Below, in pieces: positions 27,152 through 38,451 of a stretch of 64,000 nt of DNA (the first letter of the stretch is position 1; the number at the start of each line of letters is the position of its first letter). A program made the position numbers and the translations under genes. The DNA lies in NCBI GenBank assembly GCA_002633005.1, contig NMRA01000021.1:1237119-1301118 (forward strand). The letters are read 5' to 3'. The DNA comes from Phoronis australis (taxonomy: Eukaryota > Animalia > Phoronida). The notes under the pieces were generated by a model, which had not been told where the DNA came from, did not search any database, and saw only the letters and a program-made list of their open reading frames with translations.

Positions 27152-28809
27152 TAGGCCGTGGGCCAGAATTTGTAGGGCTTCTAGAAAATGGTTTTTGTGA
27201 GTACTTTAGGGAGGCAATTTTATTTTGGCGTTTTTTAATTCATTTACTAGAGTGTTTTCAAAATCTGAAAAGTTCCCACTAATAAAGTTGCACATTTTTG
27301 AGAAATTTGAGTTTGAAATTGCATAATAACCACCATAGAACTTAGAGAACTTATATTTGTAAAAACAACAGCTTTTGCTATCTTTTTTGTAAAACAAGTA
27401 ATATGGTCCCATCAATGTCATTGTATTGAACAATAATACACTCACATTACATGTTTTACTATTGTAGACTAATTGTAAATAGTGGAATTTAAAAAATGTA
27501 AAGTGACACCTAGTGGCAAAAATGCAAACTAAGTCTGAATGTTACTAGGAAGTTATTCTGGCATGGTCTGGCAACAAAAATAACACAAAACAATTGAGAC
27601 TGGGCAAAGTTTGTGCCTCAATGACTGATCCACTGACTAATGGTATAAAATATAGCTTGTTTGCATAATACACCAGAAATACATTATAGTACAAAAACAA
27701 TACAGTTGAATGATCTCTGTGAATGTGCACACGGACTGTATGTAAATAATAGATTATTCTGACAGCGTTTATCAAGCAGTATGAGACAAATACACGACAA
27801 TGATCAAAGTATGTACTTTCTGTGACTTACTCAACAAATAAAATTCACTTTTTAATATAAAAAACACTAACGGGGTTGGAGGTCTATTTAGGGTTGACTG
27901 GTCAAAGAACTATCCAATGTTATGCAGTCACTGTTGCTGATGTTACTACAGTTGTCACAGCTGCACATTTCTGTACATTTTGACCCAGCATTGCAGCACA
28001 AACTCAGTTTCCCAGCACACATGTTCTTTTTGTACTTGCAGCATTCATCGTTTAGTACTGTCAGTGAAGCTGCGGGCATTGCCCTACATTTTAACTGCAA
28101 AGCTCTACTGCCAACTATGGTCGATTAGAGAGGGTACAGCACTGCACAATGGTGATTGGCCCGCAGGCAATGAAGGGTCAAACACTAAGTCCTTGTTTGG
28201 AGGCGGGCAGGATTTGGGCAAGCGTTTGATTCAAAATATGTTATAATGGGATGTTTTAATTAGAGTCAGCAAGTGATCACTAGCCTCAATTCACTTTCGT
28301 ATCTCTTAGTCGGGCACAAACTACAACAGTGAGTAGCTTCAACACTGTTTCTTAAGATTGCCTGTCCAAATAACTGCATGCACTAACTTTCTGAAGAACA
28401 GCTTCAAAGTCTTGCTTTACTGAAAGGCAAATGACATCTCCATATGTTAGAAGCTTTGATTCAATGAACTCCAAACAAAACTGTAGAAACACATCTCTGA
28501 AACCTGTGGATTCGTCCCTCTTCACAATCTTTGTCTTTCTATTTTTATAACATGATGATATGTGGTACTTGGCTTCTAAGACACAACTTTGTCTTTGAAT
28601 TTCATTTGCATACTCAAGGCTCTGGACTGAGCTGTTGCTTGCGATACAAGTCCAACTGAAAAAACCCGAACTGTTAACACTAAATGTAGACGTAGGAACT
28701 TTTTGGAGGTATACATAGGTATATTATCTAGCCACATATAAAAAACTAGGTTGACCCCCCCCCAAAGTACTCACAAGGATGAACGTTATGAGATCTGGCC
28801 CACCGACTA
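27152..28809 (-). mobile_element. Internally deleted Academ-like DNA transposon
   Basis: TAG...CTA termini, imperfect TIR (taggccgtgggccaga / tctggcccaccgacta) with a second gtgagtacttt/aaagtactcac block, TAA on both flanks; - strand Cys-rich CXC-like remnant CCK...C...CC...KCTEMCSCDNCSN. Confidence 0.75.
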
Positions 28810-29400
28810 TAAGTTTCCTTCATTGTTTCGGAATAATTTTAAATACTTCACCCAGACTATTCACCTGGCGGATCACATCCTATATGTATATACTCTCGCG
28901 TTAGGTTCCAAGTTTTCTCTAGTAAAAGAAACAGCTTTAAATGTAACGATTTCTTACTTGATTAGAAATGGATGAAAACAACGGTAACTGTGCAATGAAC
29001 TTTTAACATTTCCTGACAATATTTAAATAACAACAATATTTGATATTGTAGTTACCGAGGAATCGGCGTCTCAGTTGCAGACGATATCATAGTAATTGAA
29101 AACTGAGACAGAAGTGTCATATAATTAACAGTTTTATAGCAGATGTTACGATTGAGACCTGATTGCATGTTGAGTGTTATTTACACTGTTGCATTTGAAT
29201 TACTTTAAACTATTTTTGGAAATGTTGATGATCGAACCGGCTAACGACGTCGAATCAACATTGACTTACCTTTTGAACCTTCCATGTCAGAGGTCACTGT
29301 TGAACTAGTGCGGGAGGTGAATACGGAAAACATTATTTAGTACATGGCCGTATTGTACTCGACTGATTCAACGCGTATGGGATGAAGTTCCATATACGAT
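28810..29400 (-). repeat. Repeat family A, inverted copy interrupted by the Academ-like element (continues at 27095-27151)
   Basis: Reverse complement matches ~110-720. Confidence 0.8.
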
Positions 29401-30552
29401 TGCCAAATGGAAAGTCAGTGTCGTAGGCGATCGGATTTGTAGGCTCACTCAATATGATCTTTTTCGCACTGTTATTATTACGTTAACACTTTTAATGTCG
29501 TATTAAAGAAAGGTACATTCTATAGCAAAATAATCCATCGGTCGATTTTAATGAAACTTTTTAAATGAAAACTTCACCAAGAAAAACGCTGTTAGGAGTT
29601 TTCGATTAGTCTTTTCGTTTCCATGATAAATAAACTCGACAAACGTAAGGTATTTTTGAAGAAATTAAAAATCGTATTCGTCTTTGTTACATTGCACAAA
29701 AACTAGGCCTTTATATCAAAATGCTAACAGAGTTTTTGAGACTGATGAATACATATCAAGTTTACAAAATTTCAACGAAATCCACGAAGCCGTTTTCGAG
29801 AACTCGTGTTCCTTATTTCAAATTAAGTCGATTTGCCGAAGCCGAGAAAAAGCCAGTTATGTGGCAAGGCGTGAAAATCTCAAGGACTTCAATTCATTAT
29901 TCGGTGAAAACTTGTTTTTGGTCAATACCTTAACCGAGTTCATTTTTTCCATATTCGCGCGCAATATCAACTGAATTTGCCTTGCGTAATTAACTTAATT
30001 ATCAAAAAATGTTTAGTCAGTCAAGTCTATTTACAATGCATCTAATCTAACTAGATCATGCGGGCGGATTCAACATATTAAGTGGGTCAAGCTGGTGCAT
30101 TGTGGTCCACCTTGAAGGAGGTCAACAGGTCATTGTTGTATACACCAGGCGCTGGGAGACTGATATGGAATCCAAGTACAAAATGGATAACAGAAATCGA
30201 GTCAGTGGTTAAAGCGCGTCGTGAGCATGAGATCGAAACATCGCAATGTCAAATTACCTATCAAATTAAGGAATTTGGGTGAGGATTTATCTGTTTCCAC
30301 AACTTGCTGTATTCGTGAACGCAAAGTCACAGAGGCATGAGGCGACTCGTAGCATTCGTTCTCAACGGTCATATGCATGCAGACACACAGCTCCCTCAGG
30401 ATCAAAACTATGTTTTGTCTTCCTCTTCCCCGGCATATTTCTGTCCTATGTGTACGTCGTTGAACCAATGTTATTGACCTAATTCACGCCGACAGGAGGC
30501 GCGTTCCAAAACGAGGCTCGCTACGATAGCTCTGTTGGCTTATCGACGTAGT

Positions 30553-30690
30553 TGTATTCCGCGTAGTTCGAACGGCTAGAAAAAATGCGGATATTCAACT
30601 GTCTGTTTTGTAATCCCCAAGGACGTTGAGATTCGGAAGCGCTGGTTCGTTGGCATACGCCGCGACGAAGGAAAGTATGTCCGTGTAAAA
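30553..30690 (+). pseudogene. Degenerate THAP-domain fragment
   Basis: CIPRSSNG*KKCGYSTVCFVIPKDVEIRKRWFVGIRRDEGKYVRV resembles THAP N-half (F-x-x-P-K-D...R-W...I-R-R); internal stop. Confidence 0.55.
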
Positions 30691-31102
30691 TTTATAAATG
30701 TTTTCCAAAAGTTAGATCATACTTTGTCGCATCTCGGTTGCCGAGCATAGCAACACTATTAACCGGATAATCTTCGGCCAGCCAAGCTGTGTTTTCATGA
30801 CTACGGGTTGAAACATGATGCATTTTTCTTTCCAGAAAGGACAGAGCCCTCAATGATGAATCCCTCGATTTTTGGGCAGAATATTATCCCTATTCCCTTC
30901 TCAAAAATATTCAAAAATCACGCGAAATTCCCCCGACGAGGTCTAAAGATTCCCCTAGTAATTGAAAATTTCTCTTCGAAGTTCAAATCACCTAACCACA
31001 CAGGTGACAATTTGAAAGAGCACAACATGCTACTTCAGACAGAGCCTATGAGAACTTGCAACAGGGAAGGGGTGCTATTGATGGTGATCGAGAGGTAGAT
31101 TA

Positions 31103-31170
31103 CAGTGACGGATTTAGGGGGGGCAAGGGGGACATGGACCCCCTAACTCAAAATTCTGGATCCGCCCCTG
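31103..31170 (+). mobile_element. Short CAGTG..CGG/CCGCCCCTG MITE copy
   Basis: Same termini as 20986-21137 and 60166-60458. Confidence 0.7.
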
Positions 31171-33430
31171 GAGAAAAGATTAATCCTCTCTCCAGAAGGC
31201 ATAGGCACCTTTCCCCTCGGATGAACGAGGCCCCCTGAAAAAACATTATAACTATGCTTGCTCTGTCCTGTTACCTGAAATTGAGCTCGAAACGACGTTA
31301 TGCTTTGGACGAACGAATTAGGTGTTTTAATTTTAAAATTCAGCTCGGTCCAAATTGATATTTGAAACCTAACACATGAAATAGACGTAAGAATTATTAA
31401 AACCAAAAATTCACTGGTCAAATAATTTTTATTTTCAGTTACCAGCCTGGTTATTTATTTTAATAAAAGATATATTTAATAACATCAATTATTCTTTCAG
31501 ATCAATGACTAATCAACTATTAGTCCCGGTAGTCCATACCTCACCAGGACACAGTACGATAGCCACAATTTCGTCATATTTACTTTTTATGATTCAAAAC
31601 TAGTTTTCCGAAAAAATATACCATTTTGTCAGACAACTCTTTGGTGCATTGACTTGTTCTCTAATGTATTTTTCTGCGTCTCTGTAGTTAATTATCGGCA
31701 CATTTTTAAGATTTAATATCCAAGTTGGACTCGAAAGACCGGCCATTTAACTCACGCAATGTCAACTTCCGCTTTGTTTAGGAGGCACAGAACAGTTCTC
31801 ACTTGATTTGTCACATTTTCTTCACTCTGTCAAAAAAAAGAATGCAAAGAATGACATATTTTCAGTTATTTCACATAAAAAGCCCTGCAGCGCAGAAACT
31901 TTATTCTCTCTTGTATTTTTGACCCTTTCAATCCCACTGAAAACCAAGCTAGACTAAGAAAAATAGGGGCAAAAACATCACCTCCTTGCCGATGCACGAC
32001 TAAAACCAACAATAGATTCTGAAAGCAAATTTCCTACAAATTCCGAAAATGTTGTCCAAAAGTACTGTCAACTAACTAGTTTTTTTGGAAATTCTGGCTT
32101 GTTTGAGGGCTACCTAAAATCGCAGCCAATTTCTCAGTCGCTACCCAGCAATGAACAATTGCATCCGGGGGCCGCCATCTTGAAGAAGAGTGCAGCTACA
32201 GCCAAGAAAGTGGCCCTTTTTATTCTCAGCATGTTCACAAACACAAACAAACCACATTCACTGAGCCTGCATGCAATGCCCACCTACAAAATACCCCCAA
32301 ACTTGGCCTACCTCAAAATTTTAATATTTTGGGAGTGTAAATTGGCCGCGGCCGAAGCCTAACTATTCAGTGCCACCTTATCGCAGTGAACCTCGCTTTG
32401 GATTTTAATGGCCGCCGCGTGAGGTAGGTCTATGGTGACTCAGTGACTGAAGGTGCTGAATGTGCATAATTAGCTGATCAGTGCCTGGCGGGAGATTCGA
32501 CTTGAGTGATCGCCACGTGACCTTTGATCCCGGAAAAGTAGTAAACAAATTTCCACGCGGTTGTGCGGTTCCAAGGTGGTTCTGCTGTTTTTTTTCTCTA
32601 CACGGTAAATATTTGGTATTTAAAGTTCCTCGAGAATGAATCATAAGGTATTTTGCTAGACATACGTGAAATATTGTAAAAATGACCGAGTTTTGTGAAT
32701 AAGGTTTGAGATATTGTTAAAACTTTGAATCGCTCAATGATATAAAAAGGTTGTCTGAAACTTCATAATGAATTAATAAGTTAAAACAATGAACCATTCA
32801 ATAATATCAAAAGTTCGTCGGAAACTTAGAAAGAATCCATCCGGTAATATAAACATTAAAACACAAACTGAACTGTTTTGCAGCAATGTGTGGTTTTAGC
32901 TTCGATGAATTTCTTAGTTTTTAGATTTATTCTAGGTCTACTTTCATGTCTTATCTTCTGGATTGGAAATAGTAGCAGAATTGTTTTCCCCCTGCTGATC
33001 ACAGCAATGGTGATTTACAGAACTTGAGATAATAGCTGTTATCGCAAAAATCGGTTTTGCGCTACTAAAGTCGAGGATCGCAGCGAGCATAAGATTGTGT
33101 CAGAAAAATAATCTATATTATGTCACAATTTCCTATAAATACCATTTTCGATTGATTTGGATTGGATTTTGTCTTATTTTGTTGGGGACGTCATGTAGGC
33201 ACTATTAATGAGTTCATGAGTGCAAGAGCTTTGAGAAACCAACAATGAATAGTCCAGTTTGCGTTACCCACTTCCGATGCAATAAAACTGTAGTTGACCG
33301 GGCAACCGAGGGAGTGTGGGGGCATGCTAATTCAGCGTTTGCTGACAGAAAGCTGTTATGAAACAACAACTCGTTTTTGTATGCTATGGTCAGATGTTAG
33401 AGAAATCTTTATTTAGAAATATATTCATTA

Positions 33431-33590
33431 CATGGGCGCACTCGAGGTGCTCGGAGGGCTCGAACACAACTCGTAGCTCATAGGTCTGAACCTAGTTTTT
33501 GTTTTAGTCCTCGTTGAGTTTTTTGGGGTAAAAGGTTCGCATATCGAAAAATTCGAGACCCCCCTATATTTTAGGCTGGGTGCGCGCATG
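33431..33590 (+). mobile_element. MITE family C (CATGCGCGCACCC-type TIR)
   Basis: catgggcgcac...gtgcgcgcatg; flanks catta/cgtta; 3' end shared with 56186-56441 and 63333-63590. Confidence 0.75.
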
Positions 33591-34532
33591 CGTTATTCGA
33601 ATCATTGTTATTGTGCAACCTTTCGCCCTGACGGTTCTGTGGAGTGGGAACTTGACTTCACATCTCCAGAGGAGTAAGTAGGTTTGAAATTTCACGGCCA
33701 ATTCTTCAAAAAATATTCACGTACATGTTATTTCTTTAGATCAGCAGTCTAATCTTTTCGTGACTGGAAGTCCATTTTTCAACTTAAGCAGCCGACTAAC
33801 TTGGCTGGTTAATGTTCGTGATGCCTCCATTCCGCGACCGGGTTCCGAGGGACTCGATTATACCGAGAGTTTTCTGTCTTTAGAAAAGGAAAAAATTCGC
33901 AAGTTTAAAATTTCAACACTTGCTATTATCGAGTGGATCTACTCTATCTAAATTGATACAAAAAACGCCGTTTTTTGGTGTCATTCTCTTTTAAAATTAG
34001 CGAACCCTAGCAATAAACAGCCTTATCAAAGTGCATGAGAATTTTTATCGGTAATCTTTTCTGAAAGTTACAGTTTTCAAGTAGTAAAGCAACTTTTTTA
34101 GAATATACGAGGAATACTGCCTCTACCGTTGTATACGGGTTGGCTTTTACGTCATATTCAATGGTTCTATTTTCACATACATGGGACAAAGTTCGATATT
34201 TTTCAAAACTAGGTCACAAGTTTTCAGGTCCTGGCTATGTGATAAACTTTCAGGTCCTGGCTAGGTCATAAAGTTTCAAATCTTGACTAGATCTTGGTTT
34301 GAAGGCACGGTTTATTAGTTGTTCTCAAGCCCAGAGCACATTTCTACACTGAGTAACATACAAGAAAATTTAATGGTAAGTGGCCAAAATCAAAACTCGA
34401 CTACTTTGAAAAAATGTCGTTAACCAGTATCTTGAATTGTTTGTTGGGACACATTTAAGGTGGTTCAATCTATTAGCAAGTAGGTAGTCGTAGGTACTTT
34501 CTTTTGAATAGTATTGTTCATTGTTCTTTCAG

Positions 34533-34682
34533 GCTTGCAAAAAGAAATTGTTATACATCAAATTTTGCGTGGAATAAAAGATCCCTGCATGAGTCAACTG
34601 GAGAATTGTGAACCTTCCATACTGGTAGAAGTGGTCTCTGCCTGCCTTGAATATCACCCCACCGACAGAACGGATTTCGAGA
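34533..34682 (+). CDS. Kinase gene exon 6 (subdomains X-XI)
   Basis: Acceptor ttctttcag|gc completes phase-1 Gly; LQKEIVIHQILRGIKDP...LVEVVSACLEYHPTDRTDFE (C-x4-P-x2-R-x2-F); donor a|gtaagc, phase 1. Confidence 0.88.
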
Positions 34683-36342
34683 GTAAGCTTAGTGACGTTG
34701 AATGACTCAACCACACTTTCACATAAATTACGCTGCATTGATTTGGCCGGCTCAAACATCTAAGACATGTAGTTGGTTGTCAACGACGATATCAGGCTTT
34801 TTAACCAATCAGATGTCTTAGCCAGTTCACCCAGAGGAGCCTGCACGGCAGATTAAGTAAGCTAATCTCTTATAATCACACCATGTTGCCTTGTTTGTTA
34901 AGCCTTTTCGCTACAGAAATGATAATTATTCAATAGCCACCGGTGACTCACACTGACGACTCCGCAATTTAACTCTCATTGATGCTGTCTCTTTCACTAA
35001 AATGTAATTTTACGAAGCATTTTATATACGCACAGTCTGAACAGAGTATTACCTCAAAAACTGCGACGGGACAGGCTCTTTATAGTCCCTATAGTCCCGT
35101 CCTTGCACAACTTACCCGAGAACAATGCAACTTATCCCACTTTTTTGTGGACTACCGTCCACACCCACACTCATGACCAATAAGTGAGGGTAAGGCGAAA
35201 ACAGTCGCTCTATGCATGATAATGAAGAGCTTATGCGAATACGGTGCGCAAAAGGAGACAACAGTTGATAACTACTTCCGCCTTGTCCCACGTTTTCGGT
35301 CACACAGCGATTAGAATGGCTCAAGTTACTCAAGAACAAGTTACTCAGCCTCGATATGGTGGAGCATAGAGCTCAAGCCTTGGAATGCTAACGGCGCATG
35401 CGAGAGAGTGTTTTTGCATTCGTTTGTGTTGATGTGTGTACTTGTTATGAACTTTACTGTCATTAAAATTGTTCACAACTCCGACGTTTTTCAACCGAAT
35501 ACCATAATTAAAACATATCGTTAGAAAGCCTTTGATCAGGTCTTGATGATTATACCAGAGCATAATTATAGTTTTGCATAACTAACTGGTTTACAATTAT
35601 TTTAATTCTAAAAACCAAAACTGTTACCAAAATGCGAAAAATAACAGCGGGTAGTTGTAACATAAAAATAAAATGAACCATAGAGTGTTAATGATTATTT
35701 AAGCCATTTGGCAAATAATTTCAATGATCCAAAATATGTCTACCCTACAAACACAACGGCTTTAAAAATATAAATCCCTCACAAATGCTGCGGACAATTT
35801 AGTCAGGCATTCATTCAAAACTATACATCTTTATGTAATTTATTGGATCTTTGGTGCCATTAGATACAATCACAATCTTCAGAAGAAATCAGAATGCAGT
35901 GAAATTTACGAAAAAGGCGGTAAGCTACTCCAAGTATCTATCCGAAATGTGTAAAAAAAGATTTTCTGGTAAATCAAAAATGGGCAAACATCACAAAGCT
36001 TTGATACATACTGTGGATAGCTCATCCCATTGGTTGCAATGTTAGTCTTTCCAAGAGCCATATTGAAATCAAATAGATGTTGCGATGCCGTGCAGTTACC
36101 AACGAATAAAATATAACTTAAAACTGGTAAAACTAAAATGACGAGCGTCTGTACTAAAATATATTAAAATATCCCCGCGTATCGAGCGGTGCGCTCTTTC
36201 TCAAGGGTGTGCTACAGGCTGCTGAAAACATGTGGATAGATCTAAAGTAAAAACGGCACAGACATAGTCATATGCAATAAACGTGAACAATATGAACACA
36301 ACAGGACATAGCAACTATCAGTGAGGTAGGCCTACGTATGGC

Positions 36343-36362
36343 GAGAGAGAGAGAGAGAGAGA
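36343..36362. repeat. (GA)n microsatellite
   Basis: Direct reading. Confidence 0.9.
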
Positions 36363-36427
36363 CCCAAACAGAGACATTCGCAGCTACTGGAGTCTATTCA
36401 CTACAGACTTGTAGTGAGACAAAACCC

Positions 36428-36659
36428 CTACATGTGTATGTCTCTGTTTAGGCCTCTGGCGTGAGTGTTAAACTTTGCGATGAATTCAGCCTCGCATTTT
36501 CTACGTCCGCCTCTGACTACAAGTACATCGCCATCACTGGTAGTATGGCCTGGGAGGTTGAAATGTTCCCTAATGGTGACCGCCCTATTATTGTGAAGAA
36601 TCGTCTGCCTATGGCCATTCATCCCAGTGCGTAACGAGTTACATGTCTCCCCTAAGTAC
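36428..36659 (-). mobile_element. Penelope-like element GIY-YIG endonuclease C-terminal fragment
   Basis: YLGETCNSLRTGMNGHR...EHFNLPGH...E...I.KFNT...GLNRD, the typical Penelope/Poseidon EN tail. Confidence 0.8.
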
Positions 36660-37163
36660 CACGCGACAAGATTGTGTTCATGTATTATCGGGTTTGTTCA
36701 CGAATGTTGAAGAGAAATCGCTGACTGTATGGAACCGAACCTCAAAAGTTTCGTTTCATGAAGAACAATAACAAAATTACAATGAGAAATGTATTTAGGC
36801 TTGATTTTATCGACGACAACTCTCGATCAAAACTCATTCAAGCAGGCAGCCTTAAATTCTCAGTGCAAACTCTCGCGACAAGTCTTGGGGTCGCAAGCTC
36901 TTATAAAATATATTGGTCATAAGCATTCCAGGTTCTATGGATGAATTACATGCAAGTTGTCAAAAGTGGGATAAATTGCAATAGTTTGAATAGCGATCAC
37001 ACAGCCTCTAAACCTAGCGACAACTTGTTCCAAGAGGGTAAGTCTGATTGTGGACGGCATTTATATAAGACATCGTAAATTTACTGCGATATTTTGTCAG
37101 TGAGGCTCCTGTGTCGCAACTAATCTTGTGCGCATGAATTTTTCTCTTTCGTTTTCGTTTTAG

Positions 37164-37252
37164 AAATGGCATCTTTACTTCACGACGAGTTTATTGCAAC
37201 CTACCACATATCTTATATCGAAGATCTCGAATTTTTGACAGAGCTCCTTCAG
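37164..37252 (+). CDS. Kinase gene exon 7 (end of kinase fold plus linker)
   Basis: Strong acceptor tttctctttcgttttcgttttag|aa completes phase-1 Lys: KMASLLHDEFIATYHISYIEDLEFLTELLQ; donor cag|gtaaat, phase 0, no stop. Confidence 0.8.
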
Positions 37253-37483
37253 GTAAATTACGTTCACTGCACTGCACTTGTGAATGTGCTTCAAACGCTT
37301 ATGACCAATATGCTCGAAATTCAATATGCGTGGTCATTTCTCGAGACTGTCACGTGTATTTCACTGTTTACCTCGCCATGTATAATCCACTTATTGCCTG
37401 ATGATGAGACATGCAGTCTAGAAATATAGTTAGTGTTTTAATTATTGTTGTTTGTGTCTCTCTGTGTTTTACTACATACAGTG

Positions 37484-37719
37484 TAGTTGCACACCAGAAC
37501 AAAAGAGATTATTTCGAAATTACGTGCGAACCAGTATCAAGCTTGGAAACAAACAGTCTAGTCGTGTTTTCAACGGAGTTTGTGTAAACGAAGTGCTGCA
37601 ACCGAACTATAATGATTTAGGTATATACCGTTGAAATCACTACTAAACGTCTTTTTTGAAAGTTTGGTACAGAACCGCTCGTAGTGTCGAAACAATCTCT
37701 TTTCTTCTGTATGCAGCTA
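37484..37719. mobile_element. Foldback MITE with long TIRs
   Basis: tagttgcacaccagaacaaaagagattatttcga / tcgaaacaatctcttttcttctgtatgcagcta; related pieces at ~59090-59310. Confidence 0.7.
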
Positions 37720-38451
37720 TGCAGCAAAAAATCGACAGACATAACAAACAAAGTAATTCAAACACTATTTCGAAGTTGCACGTCTAATCATCGGGTAATA
37801 AGTGGAATGAACATATGCGAAGCAAATTAAACAGTGAAGAAAATACACTTGACATCGGGAAGTGGGCCATACAAGCAGGTAGAGTGAATGCAACACGCGG
37901 TAGGAAGCCCACAACCTATCGAAACAGACCAGCGTGCGGTACACACCTGGGAGCTGCTCATTAAACATTTTTTGCGGCTGGTCAATGGCAATTCCAAAAG
38001 CTATAGCCAAAATGTGGCATTTTCAACATGCAGGAAAAATTGCGAACTCAAGATGAGTATCTATTAGTGTGTGCTAAAGAACTTAAAATTTATGTATATG
38101 AGTTTCCACTCCACGTTCGCACTAGATGACCCCTAAATTTGAATTAAAACCGGATTAAAAGCTCAAAATTTCGAGTTCAGACTGGCAGACTTTAAGCCTT
38201 GATACTGGAATCATCAAGCGCAAAAAAGATTAGCCAGTTATCCACCTAAGCCAGAATGCCCACGGACGTAGAGTAACACAAAGGTAGATGATTCTGAGCT
38301 CGCGCAATATAAGAGTAGAGAATACAAAAAAATAATTTCACGTTCGATGTCGGGTACAAAGGTCAGATCTCCGGCCCAGATCACTCTAGGCCTTTAACAC
38401 CACATGTAAATAACGGCTTAAGGTGGTGCATTGAGCTTTTATCTGTTGAAG

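Noticed and set aside
37253-37429. Read-through of exon 7 ORF to a stop at 37429 as the kinase C-terminus
   Set aside because: Good donor cag|gtaaat at 37253 and in-phase acceptors downstream make splicing more likely; kept only as the alternative hypothesis
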